This document shows, in pieces, positions 1 to 7,373 of a stretch of 26,099 nt of DNA. The translations under genes were made by a program, and so were the position numbers. The stretch lies in contig JBEIFG010000001.1 in the NCBI GenBank assembly GCA_040382555.1, positions 1 through 26,099 on the forward strand, given 5' to 3'. The stretch comes from Chlamydiales bacterium (GTDB taxonomy: Bacteria; Chlamydiota; Chlamydiia; Chlamydiales; Rhabdochlamydiaceae). The notes beneath the pieces were generated by a model. The model searched no databases. It saw nothing but the letters and a program-made list of their open reading frames with translations, and was not told the origin of the DNA. Within the stretch, counting starts at the first letter, position 1. Each line of letters starts with the position of its first letter.

Positions 1-1
1 A

Positions 2-118
2 GATCGAGCTATTGATATGAATGCTGGAGGTATACTTTTTAAATCAGTGCCTCTTGCCGATGTAGAACATTCTTCCTTGGTATTAGTTTTACTATCCAAG
101 GAAAAAGCCGATTCCTAG
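2..118 (+). CDS. Possible 3' end of a gene entering from the left edge (DRAIDMNAGGILFKSVPLADVEHSSLVLVLLSKEKADS*)
   Basis: Frame 2 is open from the window edge to TAG at 116-118 and converges on lptB with a hairpin between them. No recognisable motif. Confidence 0.3.
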   Translation, partial: DRAIDMNAGGILFKSVPLADVEHSSLVLVLLSKEKADS

Positions 119-131
119 TAAAAGGTTTTGA

Positions 132-158
132 TAGGCATCTAATAAAATCGGATGCCTA
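132..158. terminator. Hairpin TAGGCATC-N11-GATGCCTA overlapping the lptB stop codon; possible terminator
   Basis: Perfect 8-bp inverted repeat (132-139 / 151-158). No clean U-tract directly after the stem. Confidence 0.4.
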
Positions 159-950
159 CATTCTAAAGTCTTCACCAAGATAAGATTCTCTGACTTTTTG
201 ATTACTTACCAAATCTTCTACAGATCCTGACATCAATACCTTTCCTTCACGAACAAGATAGCTTCTATCCACAATAGAAAAGATTTCCCTGGCATTGTGA
301 TCGGTGATTAGAATACTAATGCCTTTTTCTTTTAGATGACGAATCATTCTTTTAACTTCATATATAGCGATCGGATCAATATTTGCAAAAGGCTCATCAA
401 GAAGTAAAAGAGAGGGATTTGTTACTAATGCTCTGGTAATCTCTACTCTTCTGCGTTCACCACCGGATAGGGTACTTGCCTTTTTTTTACGAAATTTTTC
501 TATGTTTAGTTCTTTAAGGAGCTCCTCTAGTCGGGCAAAGCGCTCCTTTTTGTTTAAGGGTAGAGTTTCTAAAATACATAAAATATTTTGTTCTACAGTC
601 AATTGACGAAATACAGAGGGTTCCTGGGCTAGGTATCCCATACCCAGCCGAGCTCTTTCATGGATGCGAAGAGAAGAAATATCTATACCGTTCAATAGGA
701 CCCTGCCAGAATCGGACGCGATGAGCCCCATCGTCATATAAAAAGCTGTTGTCTTACCAGCTCCATTGGGTCCAAGCAGTCCGACAACCTCTCCTTTTTT
801 GATTTGAAAATTAAGGCCGTCAACTACTGCTTTTCCGCCGTAGCTTTTTTTTAGGTCAATGACTTCAAGAACGATTTCATTTTTAGGTGATCCGAAAAAG
901 GAGGTTGCATCAGTGGTGTCAGGGGATAAAGAGATTTCTTGAGGATTCAT
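156..950 (-). CDS. lptB: LPS export ABC transporter ATP-binding protein
   Basis: Walker A GPNGAGKTT, Q-loop YLAQEPSVF, signature LSGGERRR, Walker B LLLDEPF, ITDH switch and the LptB-typical C-terminus YLGEDFRM. Lies in an operon with kdsA. Confidence 0.93.
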   Translation of the reverse strand: MNPQEISLSPDTTDATSFFGSPKNEIVLEVIDLKKSYGGKAVVDGLNFQIKKGEVVGLLGPNGAGKTTAFYMTMGLIASDSGRVLLNGIDISSLRIHERARLGMGYLAQEPSVFRQLTVEQNILCILETLPLNKKERFARLEELLKELNIEKFRKKKASTLSGGERRRVEITRALVTNPSLLLLDEPFANIDPIAIYEVKRMIRHLKEKGISILITDHNAREIFSIVDRSYLVREGKVLMSGSVEDLVSNQKVRESYLGEDFRM

Positions 951-959
951 GTATTTTCC

Positions 960-2444
960 TTACAGTGGTTTAAATTGTGGGAATACATTTTTAAGTGCTT
1001 CATTTTCTTCAGTGGATAAAGAAAACTTGACATTACCAACGCCTTGGATCACAGTTTGTTGATTCAAGGGATTCACGGTAAGATGTACCTCTTGAGCACT
1101 CATTCTTACTGCTTGTTGTTCATCCCAAAAAAGAACTTTCTGCCCTGGATTTGCGCAGAGAATTAATGTTTTAGTTTCGGGAGAAAAATGCATCCTATCC
1201 GCAATACCGCAGCGAAAAGGTTCTTGGGGGTTACGAGAAAATAAGCAAACATTTCCCTTGAGGTGCATGGTGATGGGCTGAAGCAGAGTTCCTTCCGCTG
1301 CGAATTCCACTGCTGCTGCATCAGCATAAGCTCCCATGATAGATTCTTCATAGTAGATTTGCCCAGTAAAGCGGCTTTGCTTTGCTTCTTTTTTTGGACT
1401 TGTTAACCTGGCAGAAAGATGTTCTCTATCAATCTTCATTTGACCAAAACATTTTAATTTGTGTGAACTTTTGGAGGAGGGATCCATATAAATAAATTCA
1501 GCTGGGCCCCGGCTCTCAACTTTCGATATTACTTTTTTATCTCCAAGCATACCTTGCTGAATAGTCAATAGTTCCTCAGAAGAGATAGTGCCCAGAGAGG
1601 ATTCTTGAATAAATGATTTACCTTTGAGTGTCAGTAGAGAATCGGGTTCATTCCATATAAAATGCTCTGTATTGAATTGTAACAAGCCTTTTTGTAGGTC
1701 CGGCAAAAAACTTGTGTGTATAGTTCCTTGTGACTGGTGCATAGATAAAGTAGATCGTTGAAGATCTAAGTCAATAGATCTGGCTAAAACCTCATCTTGG
1801 AAATGAATGACTTTGCAGTGAGATTGATCATCTTTGGGATACGCAGAAATTATCCCTTGAAATTCCTTGGCAGCAAGGCTTCCACCAAGTCTACGATAAA
1901 GGGCTTCTTCAGCCTCTAATAAGAAATTGCTATCGTAGTTTACTTTTACAGATTCCTTGGCTTTAAGAGTTTCGATGTCATATTCCGCTTTTTGATCCCC
2001 TTTTTCTATTTTTAGCATGCTAAGCTCAATTCTTTGGCTTTCAAGAGAAACTTTTACCCCATCTTTCCCTTTGTTTAAGATGGTGTCGGTATAGCACACG
2101 AATCCTTTCTGAGGAGCTGTTAAATATCCTTTTAATTGATTAAAATCTAACTGTGCCACGTCACAGGAGAGATGGGCGTGATTTTTAAGAGATAAAAAAA
2201 CCTCTTTTTTTAAATGAATGAGCGAAAAAGGAAAATCCTTTCCCGCTTCCTGCTTTTCTAAAGAAGCCTCTTCCGCATTCATTTTTCCTAGACCGTGATC
2301 TAAGACCACATGACCTGTGAGAAGAAGAGCATTTCCATCGTAAGAGGCGTTTGTAGATGAAACAAGGCCCTCTTTCATAGCTTCTGGGTAGGTGACAGAG
2401 GTGGCAATTAGGGTAGTAAGTAGGGTAAGAATGTATTTATTCAT
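960..2444 (-). CDS. Extended LptA/OstA-like periplasmic beta-jellyroll protein (494 aa)
   Basis: N-terminal signal peptide (MNKYILTLLTTLIATSVTYPEA). Recurrent OstA-like segments (YDGNALLLTGHVVL, MHLKGNVCL, VIQGVGNVKF). Sits directly upstream of lptB. Confidence 0.6.
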   Translation of the reverse strand: MNKYILTLLTTLIATSVTYPEAMKEGLVSSTNASYDGNALLLTGHVVLDHGLGKMNAEEASLEKQEAGKDFPFSLIHLKKEVFLSLKNHAHLSCDVAQLDFNQLKGYLTAPQKGFVCYTDTILNKGKDGVKVSLESQRIELSMLKIEKGDQKAEYDIETLKAKESVKVNYDSNFLLEAEEALYRRLGGSLAAKEFQGIISAYPKDDQSHCKVIHFQDEVLARSIDLDLQRSTLSMHQSQGTIHTSFLPDLQKGLLQFNTEHFIWNEPDSLLTLKGKSFIQESSLGTISSEELLTIQQGMLGDKKVISKVESRGPAEFIYMDPSSKSSHKLKCFGQMKIDREHLSARLTSPKKEAKQSRFTGQIYYEESIMGAYADAAAVEFAAEGTLLQPITMHLKGNVCLFSRNPQEPFRCGIADRMHFSPETKTLILCANPGQKVLFWDEQQAVRMSAQEVHLTVNPLNQQTVIQGVGNVKFSLSTEENEALKNVFPQFKPL

Positions 2445-3049
2445 CGGACCTCACCTTCCTGTTGTAGTGATGCTTTAAATTGATTAGCGACAAATTTAGG
2501 AGCCTTTTCTGAGATGGAAAAATTAATACTTTCAGCATCCCCTTGTAGAAAGGCTTTATGTAAGTTTACAGAAGTATTCATTTCTTTGCCTGGAAGACGA
2601 AATAAAGCGAGCTTAGCCTTACTTGCTGTAAAAGATTGCTCTGAAAGGGAATACTCTCCTTCAGCTGCTTGTACAAAACGCAGCAGCTGATAGGGTGATT
2701 TGCTATCCTCTATTAGTTTTTCCTGCATCCAGCAGCGGACGTTTTGAAGCTTTTCTATGATATTCATATTCTTACCCTCAGGCTTGAATAAAAGAATAGA
2801 AGTGCTACTTTCAAGGTGGTTATGAAGACGGGTGTGATCTTCTTGTGCAAACCAAATGTCCTTAGTAACCATGCGCCGCACTTGTGTAGCTGCCTCCGAT
2901 AAAGTTTGAGTTGAATTTTCAAAACACGAGTGGATCATTGCTTGATATTCCTCTATATCCTTTTCAGCTACTGCAGTCATTTTGTATAAAGCAAAAAGAA
3001 TGGGAACTATCACTAAAAAAATAGATAAAGCAACCGCTCTTTTTATCAT
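2441..3049 (-). CDS. LptC-like membrane-anchored periplasmic protein
   Basis: Single N-terminal hydrophobic anchor (AVALSIFLVIVPILFALY), 202 aa with a beta-rich remainder. Occupies the lptC position and overlaps the next gene by 4 bp (ATGA). Confidence 0.5.
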   Translation of the reverse strand: MIKRAVALSIFLVIVPILFALYKMTAVAEKDIEEYQAMIHSCFENSTQTLSEAATQVRRMVTKDIWFAQEDHTRLHNHLESSTSILLFKPEGKNMNIIEKLQNVRCWMQEKLIEDSKSPYQLLRFVQAAEGEYSLSEQSFTASKAKLALFRLPGKEMNTSVNLHKAFLQGDAESINFSISEKAPKFVANQFKASLQQEGEVR

Positions 3050-3054
3050 TTGGG

Positions 3055-3876
3055 CTACCCTTGTACTAAATCGTAGATTTTTTTTAGCTGAGTAAATAGT
3101 TCTCTTATTTCTGAAAATGGCATAACCGAGTCTTTATCACTTTTTGCTTCTTTGGGATTAGGATGAGACTCCATAAAAATACAATTGCAACCTGCTGCTA
3201 TAGCTGCTCTACTTAGCGTGGGTATGAACTCTCTTTGGCCTCCAGAGGAGCTGCCATGACCACCGGGTAGCTGTACAGAGTGGGAAGCATCAAAGCACAC
3301 AGGGGTACCTAATTTTTGCATAATCGGAATGGCTCTCATGTCGCTAACTAAATTATTATACCCAAAAGTAGTCCCTCGATCTGTAAGTATTACTTTTTGA
3401 TTGCCTGTAGATCGTATCTTTTCTACTACATTTTCCATATCCCAAGGAGCCATAAACTGCCCTTTTTTTACATTGATTACTGCTCCGGTTTGCGCGGCAG
3501 CCACAATAAGATCTGTCTGTCTACATAGAAAAGCAGGAATTTGAAGGATATCACAAATTTTTCCAGCTTCTATGGCTTCTTCAGGGGAGTGTACATCAGT
3601 GATTACCGGGACATTATAATAAGTTTTCACTTTTTCTAAGATGCTAAGGCCTTTTTTCAAGCCAGGTCCCCTAAAGGAATGATAGGAGGAGCGATTGGCT
3701 TTATCATAACTGGATTTATAAATGAAGTTGATATCTAAGGACGCAAAAAGTTCTTTAAGAAAATGGCAGGTTTCTAATGCGGATACTTCATCTTCTATTA
3801 CACAGGGACCCGACATAACAGCAAGAGGTTGTCCTTGACCGATTAGGAAATTCTTTACAGGCACGTTTATCATCAT
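3055..3876 (-). CDS. kdsA: 3-deoxy-8-phosphooctulonate (KDO8P) synthase
   Basis: GPCVIE, YKSSYDKANRSS, QIPAFLCRQTDL, NVKKGQF, FDASHSVQLPGG, ESHPNPKEAKSD. Confidence 0.97.
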   Translation of the reverse strand: MMINVPVKNFLIGQGQPLAVMSGPCVIEDEVSALETCHFLKELFASLDINFIYKSSYDKANRSSYHSFRGPGLKKGLSILEKVKTYYNVPVITDVHSPEEAIEAGKICDILQIPAFLCRQTDLIVAAAQTGAVINVKKGQFMAPWDMENVVEKIRSTGNQKVILTDRGTTFGYNNLVSDMRAIPIMQKLGTPVCFDASHSVQLPGGHGSSSGGQREFIPTLSRAAIAAGCNCIFMESHPNPKEAKSDKDSVMPFSEIRELFTQLKKIYDLVQG

Positions 3877-4006
3877 GGGATTACCGAATTAAAAAAATAA
3901 AAAAAATAGGAAGATAAAGGTGGAGTTATTCCCCTATTTATTTGACTGGATATAGAATAGAAGATTTTGCTGCCTTGGTCAAGAGAGCGTTTTAGTGAAA
4001 TAAAAT

Positions 4007-4726
4007 TTATGATGTTTGTTTAGTTTGAAACTCTTGATCAAGTAATTCTCGAAGATTGTAAAATCCATTCGCTTGCAATGGAATTTTTTTAGCTGCAAAG
4101 ATAGCTCCTTGAGCAAAAGTTTCTCTAGAAAAGGCTTCATGGCAGATTTCAATTTTCTCTTCTGGGCTAGAAAAAAAAATTTGATGTTTCCCTACAATTT
4201 CTCCTTCCCTAAAACTTTCAATAATAGGCTTGCTTCCTGTAGCTTGTGCAAAAGCTAGGGCTGTACCGCTTGGAGAGTCTTTTTTGTGCTTGTGATGAGT
4301 TTCGATAATTTTGATTTGAAATTTGGTTTTTAAGTGATTGGATAAATATTCGATTGCTTGCAAGCACGCTGCAACACCTAAACTGAAGTTGGCAGCATAA
4401 ATAAGAGGGATTTGGTCAGATGCTTTCTTCATTTGGTCAAAACAAGAAATAGATAAAGCAGTAGTACCGATTACTAGAGGTTTATTGAATTTTTGAGCCA
4501 TTAAAAGTAGTTCATACAATCCCTCATCAGAAGAAAAGTCAATAATCACATCCGATCTTTTTACAAACTTTTCCAGTGAGTGTTCATAGGATAGCTTACC
4601 CTCAGATATCAATGGCCTGCGCGAAAAGCCAACGATATATTGAATTTCCTTATCTGCCATGGCGCATTGTAGAACAGAAAGACCCATTCTGCCGGAAACT
4701 CCATGAATGCCAAGTTTAAGACCCAT
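4007..4726 (-). CDS. dapB: 4-hydroxy-tetrahydrodipicolinate reductase
   Basis: GVSGRMG, IDFS, VIGTT, AANFSLG, ETHHKHKKDSPSGTA. Strong RBS AAGGAGG upstream. Confidence 0.95.
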   Translation of the reverse strand: MGLKLGIHGVSGRMGLSVLQCAMADKEIQYIVGFSRRPLISEGKLSYEHSLEKFVKRSDVIIDFSSDEGLYELLLMAQKFNKPLVIGTTALSISCFDQMKKASDQIPLIYAANFSLGVAACLQAIEYLSNHLKTKFQIKIIETHHKHKKDSPSGTALAFAQATGSKPIIESFREGEIVGKHQIFFSSPEEKIEICHEAFSRETFAQGAIFAAKKIPLQANGFYNLRELLDQEFQTKQTS

Positions 4727-4777
4727 TTTAGACCTCCTTATAAAATGAAGATCTTAATAAATTTTTAATCTTTTAAG

Positions 4778-5317
4778 CTACCCTTTTTGATATTGTAGTT
4801 TTTTAGAATGAATTTGAGAGAGTAGTTTATTGAGCTTTTCAAGAGCCTCTAGCAGGGTAATAATACTGTTTTTATCCTTTTCGAAATCTATCATGCTCTC
4901 ATTTTTATCTTTTTGCATCAGACTTGCTAGATTTACGATTTCTTTTTTCGAAGGACGTTTTGTTTTTTGAAAAGCAAATAATGGAGGCAGTTCAAAGCTT
5001 GTAGAACGGGGATTTTCTTCTTCATTCTCACATTCCCAGTATAAATCAGGCAATAGGCAATAAGAAAAAAAACGATTGCTCTGGAAGGAGTAAAGGGAAG
5101 GTGGGGTAAAGTGCGCCCATGTACTGCTGCGCTTTTGAATATCAAATAGCTCTTCCCATTTTGAAGAAAAAATGTTGGATATACCTGCTATTTTTGAGTG
5201 AGGTGCAATAAGGGTAGGTTCTGTTAGAAAAGTAGGGTCTAACGAGGCTTGATCAAAAGCATATCGATGGTGAGCATGAATGTCGATAGCATCGACAGTA
5301 GTAGGTTTGGTTTTCAT
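4778..5317 (-). CDS. Chlamydiae-specific protein, CT273/DUF5399-like
   Basis: TVDAIDI..RYA.DQ N-terminus, WAHFTPP and a C-terminal helix ending LQYQKG resemble the chlamydial CT273/DUF5399 family as recalled; not verified by search. Confidence 0.55.
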   Translation of the reverse strand: MKTKPTTVDAIDIHAHHRYAFDQASLDPTFLTEPTLIAPHSKIAGISNIFSSKWEELFDIQKRSSTWAHFTPPSLYSFQSNRFFSYCLLPDLYWECENEEENPRSTSFELPPLFAFQKTKRPSKKEIVNLASLMQKDKNESMIDFEKDKNSIITLLEALEKLNKLLSQIHSKKLQYQKG

Positions 5318-5540
5318 AATGAATCAATAGATTGTCTAAGTGATAATTCGTAGAAATTATGGAGATTTGGAATTTTAAATCAAACGGTTAAAAATTGTTT
5401 TATTTTTTAAAAGAATTCAAACAAAGCTCAAGTAGAAAATATGAATGAGAGTATAAAAATCTTCCCAACTATTTTCTATTCAAAAATGACATGCCATCCT
5501 TATACTAATCGAGCACACACGGGATTTGTATTTGGTAAAA

Positions 5541-7142
5541 ATGAAAATCAGAATTTTTTTCTCCTCTATTTTATTAGTCGCTATCGCTTTGCCCCCCCTG
5601 CTCTGCGGAGATAAAGAGAGTAATATATCGGAAGAGAACCTTATTAAAGAGGTATCTACCCATAACGTTAACTTCAATGATATTCCGATTACAGAGTTTA
5701 TACGCTACGTAAGCAAAGTCTCTCAAGAAAACTTCATTTTTAATAATAAAGAGTTAGATTTTCATGTAACTTTTTCCTCAGGCACGCCGATATCATCTCA
5801 AAATATTGTCAAAGCACTTGTTCGCCTGTTAAAAATGCACAATTTTCATGTATCAAAAGAGGAAAACTCTTACGTAATTTACAAGCCGAATAAAAAAAAG
5901 CATGAGATGGAGGGATCTGATCTTTCTGAAGCAAAAAATGAAGCCTTCTATATGGATGATATGGGTCTTCCTGCGATAAAAGTTAAGAAAAATTTCCAAG
6001 TATATAAATTGCAGTATCATGAAGGTTCAGAAATTGTGGAATCTCTTAAGCGACTTGCCTCGGATACCACGGCATCTGCTTCAATGCATGAGGATTTACT
6101 GCAGGCTGTGCAAGGACTGCAGTGGATTAAGGCAACCAATTCTCTTTTATTCTCAGGGCTCCCAGAAACTATTTCGGAGATGCAAAAAATCATATCTACC
6201 CTTGATGTGCCACTGAGGCAGGTGTTTATTGAGGTCTTAGTGATTGAAACAGATGTCAAAAAAAGCCTGGATTATGGTTTGCAGTGGGCAGCTGGCGGGC
6301 AGCTGGGAGGGCGCTTTGGGTTGGGAGCGGGTAATTTTGCCCCTGCGAATGTGCCAGCTGCATCTACGTTTTCCTCAATTATGCAGGGGATTAGCCCTTC
6401 AAATCCCCCCACGGGACTAGGTCAGATACCAGTAGTCCCCGGATTCGACTTGGGAGTTATTGGTGATCTTATTTTGCATAAAGGAAAGTCTTACCTAACT
6501 TTGGGATCTTTGGTGACAGCGCTTCAGGCTGATGGAGATTCAACGATTGTACTTAATCAAAAAATCATCACTCAAGATAATAAGCATTCCAAAATTTTTG
6601 TGGGTGATAACATTCCTTTTACCGGTTCTGTGGTACAAACTGTCGGTCAAAGTCAACAAACCACGGCCAACATTGAATATCGTGATGTAGGGGTAAGTTT
6701 AAATATTACACCTATGCTAGGAGAAGGAGACGTGATTACCTTAGACATTGCCGAAGAGATTACAGAGGCAGTGGAAGATAACGGCTTTACTTCATCTAAT
6801 GCGACAGTGGGGGGGATACGCACTACGAAAACAAATATGCTTACCCATGTTCATGTTCCGGATAAGCATTTTTTAGTATTGAGTGGAATGATTCGTAATG
6901 CCAAATCTAACTATAAGGCTGGGGTTCCTTGTTTGGGATCTCTTCCCTGGGTAGGTTCTTTATTTTCTAAGAATAAAAAGCAGGATGAAAAGCGCAATAT
7001 TATTATTTTCGTCAGGCCCCAGATTATACATTCTTTTAAGGATTACGAAAAAATTACGACTGCTCAGGAAGGGGTATACGAAAAACAGGCTAATGCTAAA
7101 GATTTTCGTGAGGCTGTGCACTCTCTTCCCTCCATAGATTGA
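5541..7142 (+). CDS. Outer-membrane secretin, SctC/CdsC-like (ORF-track start 5526; ATG at 5541 more likely)
   Basis: Signal peptide, N0-like domain (VNFNDIPITEFIRYVSKVSQENFIF), one N3-like domain ending LDVPLRQVFIEVLVIE, secretin core (IEYRDVGVSLNITP) and signature GVPCLGSLPWVGSLF...RNIIIFVRPQII. Confidence 0.88.
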   Translation: MKIRIFFSSILLVAIALPPLLCGDKESNISEENLIKEVSTHNVNFNDIPITEFIRYVSKVSQENFIFNNKELDFHVTFSSGTPISSQNIVKALVRLLKMHNFHVSKEENSYVIYKPNKKKHEMEGSDLSEAKNEAFYMDDMGLPAIKVKKNFQVYKLQYHEGSEIVESLKRLASDTTASASMHEDLLQAVQGLQWIKATNSLLFSGLPETISEMQKIISTLDVPLRQVFIEVLVIETDVKKSLDYGLQWAAGGQLGGRFGLGAGNFAPANVPAASTFSSIMQGISPSNPPTGLGQIPVVPGFDLGVIGDLILHKGKSYLTLGSLVTALQADGDSTIVLNQKIITQDNKHSKIFVGDNIPFTGSVVQTVGQSQQTTANIEYRDVGVSLNITPMLGEGDVITLDIAEEITEAVEDNGFTSSNATVGGIRTTKTNMLTHVHVPDKHFLVLSGMIRNAKSNYKAGVPCLGSLPWVGSLFSKNKKQDEKRNIIIFVRPQIIHSFKDYEKITTAQEGVYEKQANAKDFREAVHSLPSID

Positions 7143-7195
7143 AAAATTAGTTGCAGCATTTGAGGTTTTTAGTTTAAAAATATCCTTTCGTCACT

Positions 7196-7215
7196 CTCGA
7201 TTTCGAGTTTTTTTT
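7196..7215 (+). terminator. Weak terminator-like element after the secretin gene
   Basis: CTCG-ATTT-CGAG followed by T8. The stem is only 4 bp. Confidence 0.3.
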
Positions 7216-7275
7216 CTCTTTTGTTGAGAAAAACACTTCCAATAAAAGTGGGCGATCTTTAATATTAACCCCTTT

Positions 7276-7349
7276 GGATTGATAGCTCAGCTGGATAGAG
7301 CACCCGCCTTCTAAGCGGGTGGTCGCAGGTTCGAGTCCTGCTCAATCCA
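7276..7349 (+). tRNA. tRNA-Arg (anticodon UCU)
   Basis: Acceptor GGATTGA/TCAATCC, D-arm GCTC..GAGC, anticodon arm CCCGC-CT-TCT-AA-GCGGG, T-loop GGTTCGAGTCC. CCA not encoded. Confidence 0.96.
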
Positions 7350-7373
7350 AAATTCTTTTTGTTTTCGGATTTT

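Noticed and set aside
73-103. Inverted repeat TTCCTTGG...CCAAGGAA
   Set aside because: Single copy, inside a possible coding frame at the window edge; no recurrence to suggest a REP or MITE.
5433-5478. Inverted repeat TAGAAAATA-N28-TATTTTCTA upstream of the secretin
   Set aside because: Very AT-rich, so likely to occur by chance; long spacer and no second instance.
5541-5610. Secretin N-terminus as a lipoprotein signal (PPLLCG)
   Set aside because: The residues before the Cys do not fit the lipobox [LVI][ASTVI][GAS]C; more likely a standard Sec signal.
1163-6259. Short ORF-track entries 1163-1351, 4073-4258, 4933-5145, 5480-5677, 6017-6259 and 6019-6216
   Set aside because: They lie within or antisense to well-supported genes and have no motifs; shadow ORFs.
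7143-7373. tRNA-Arg as an integration site of a genomic island
   Set aside because: No integrase or transposase, no duplicated tRNA 3' end found in the window, and no obvious compositional shift by eye.
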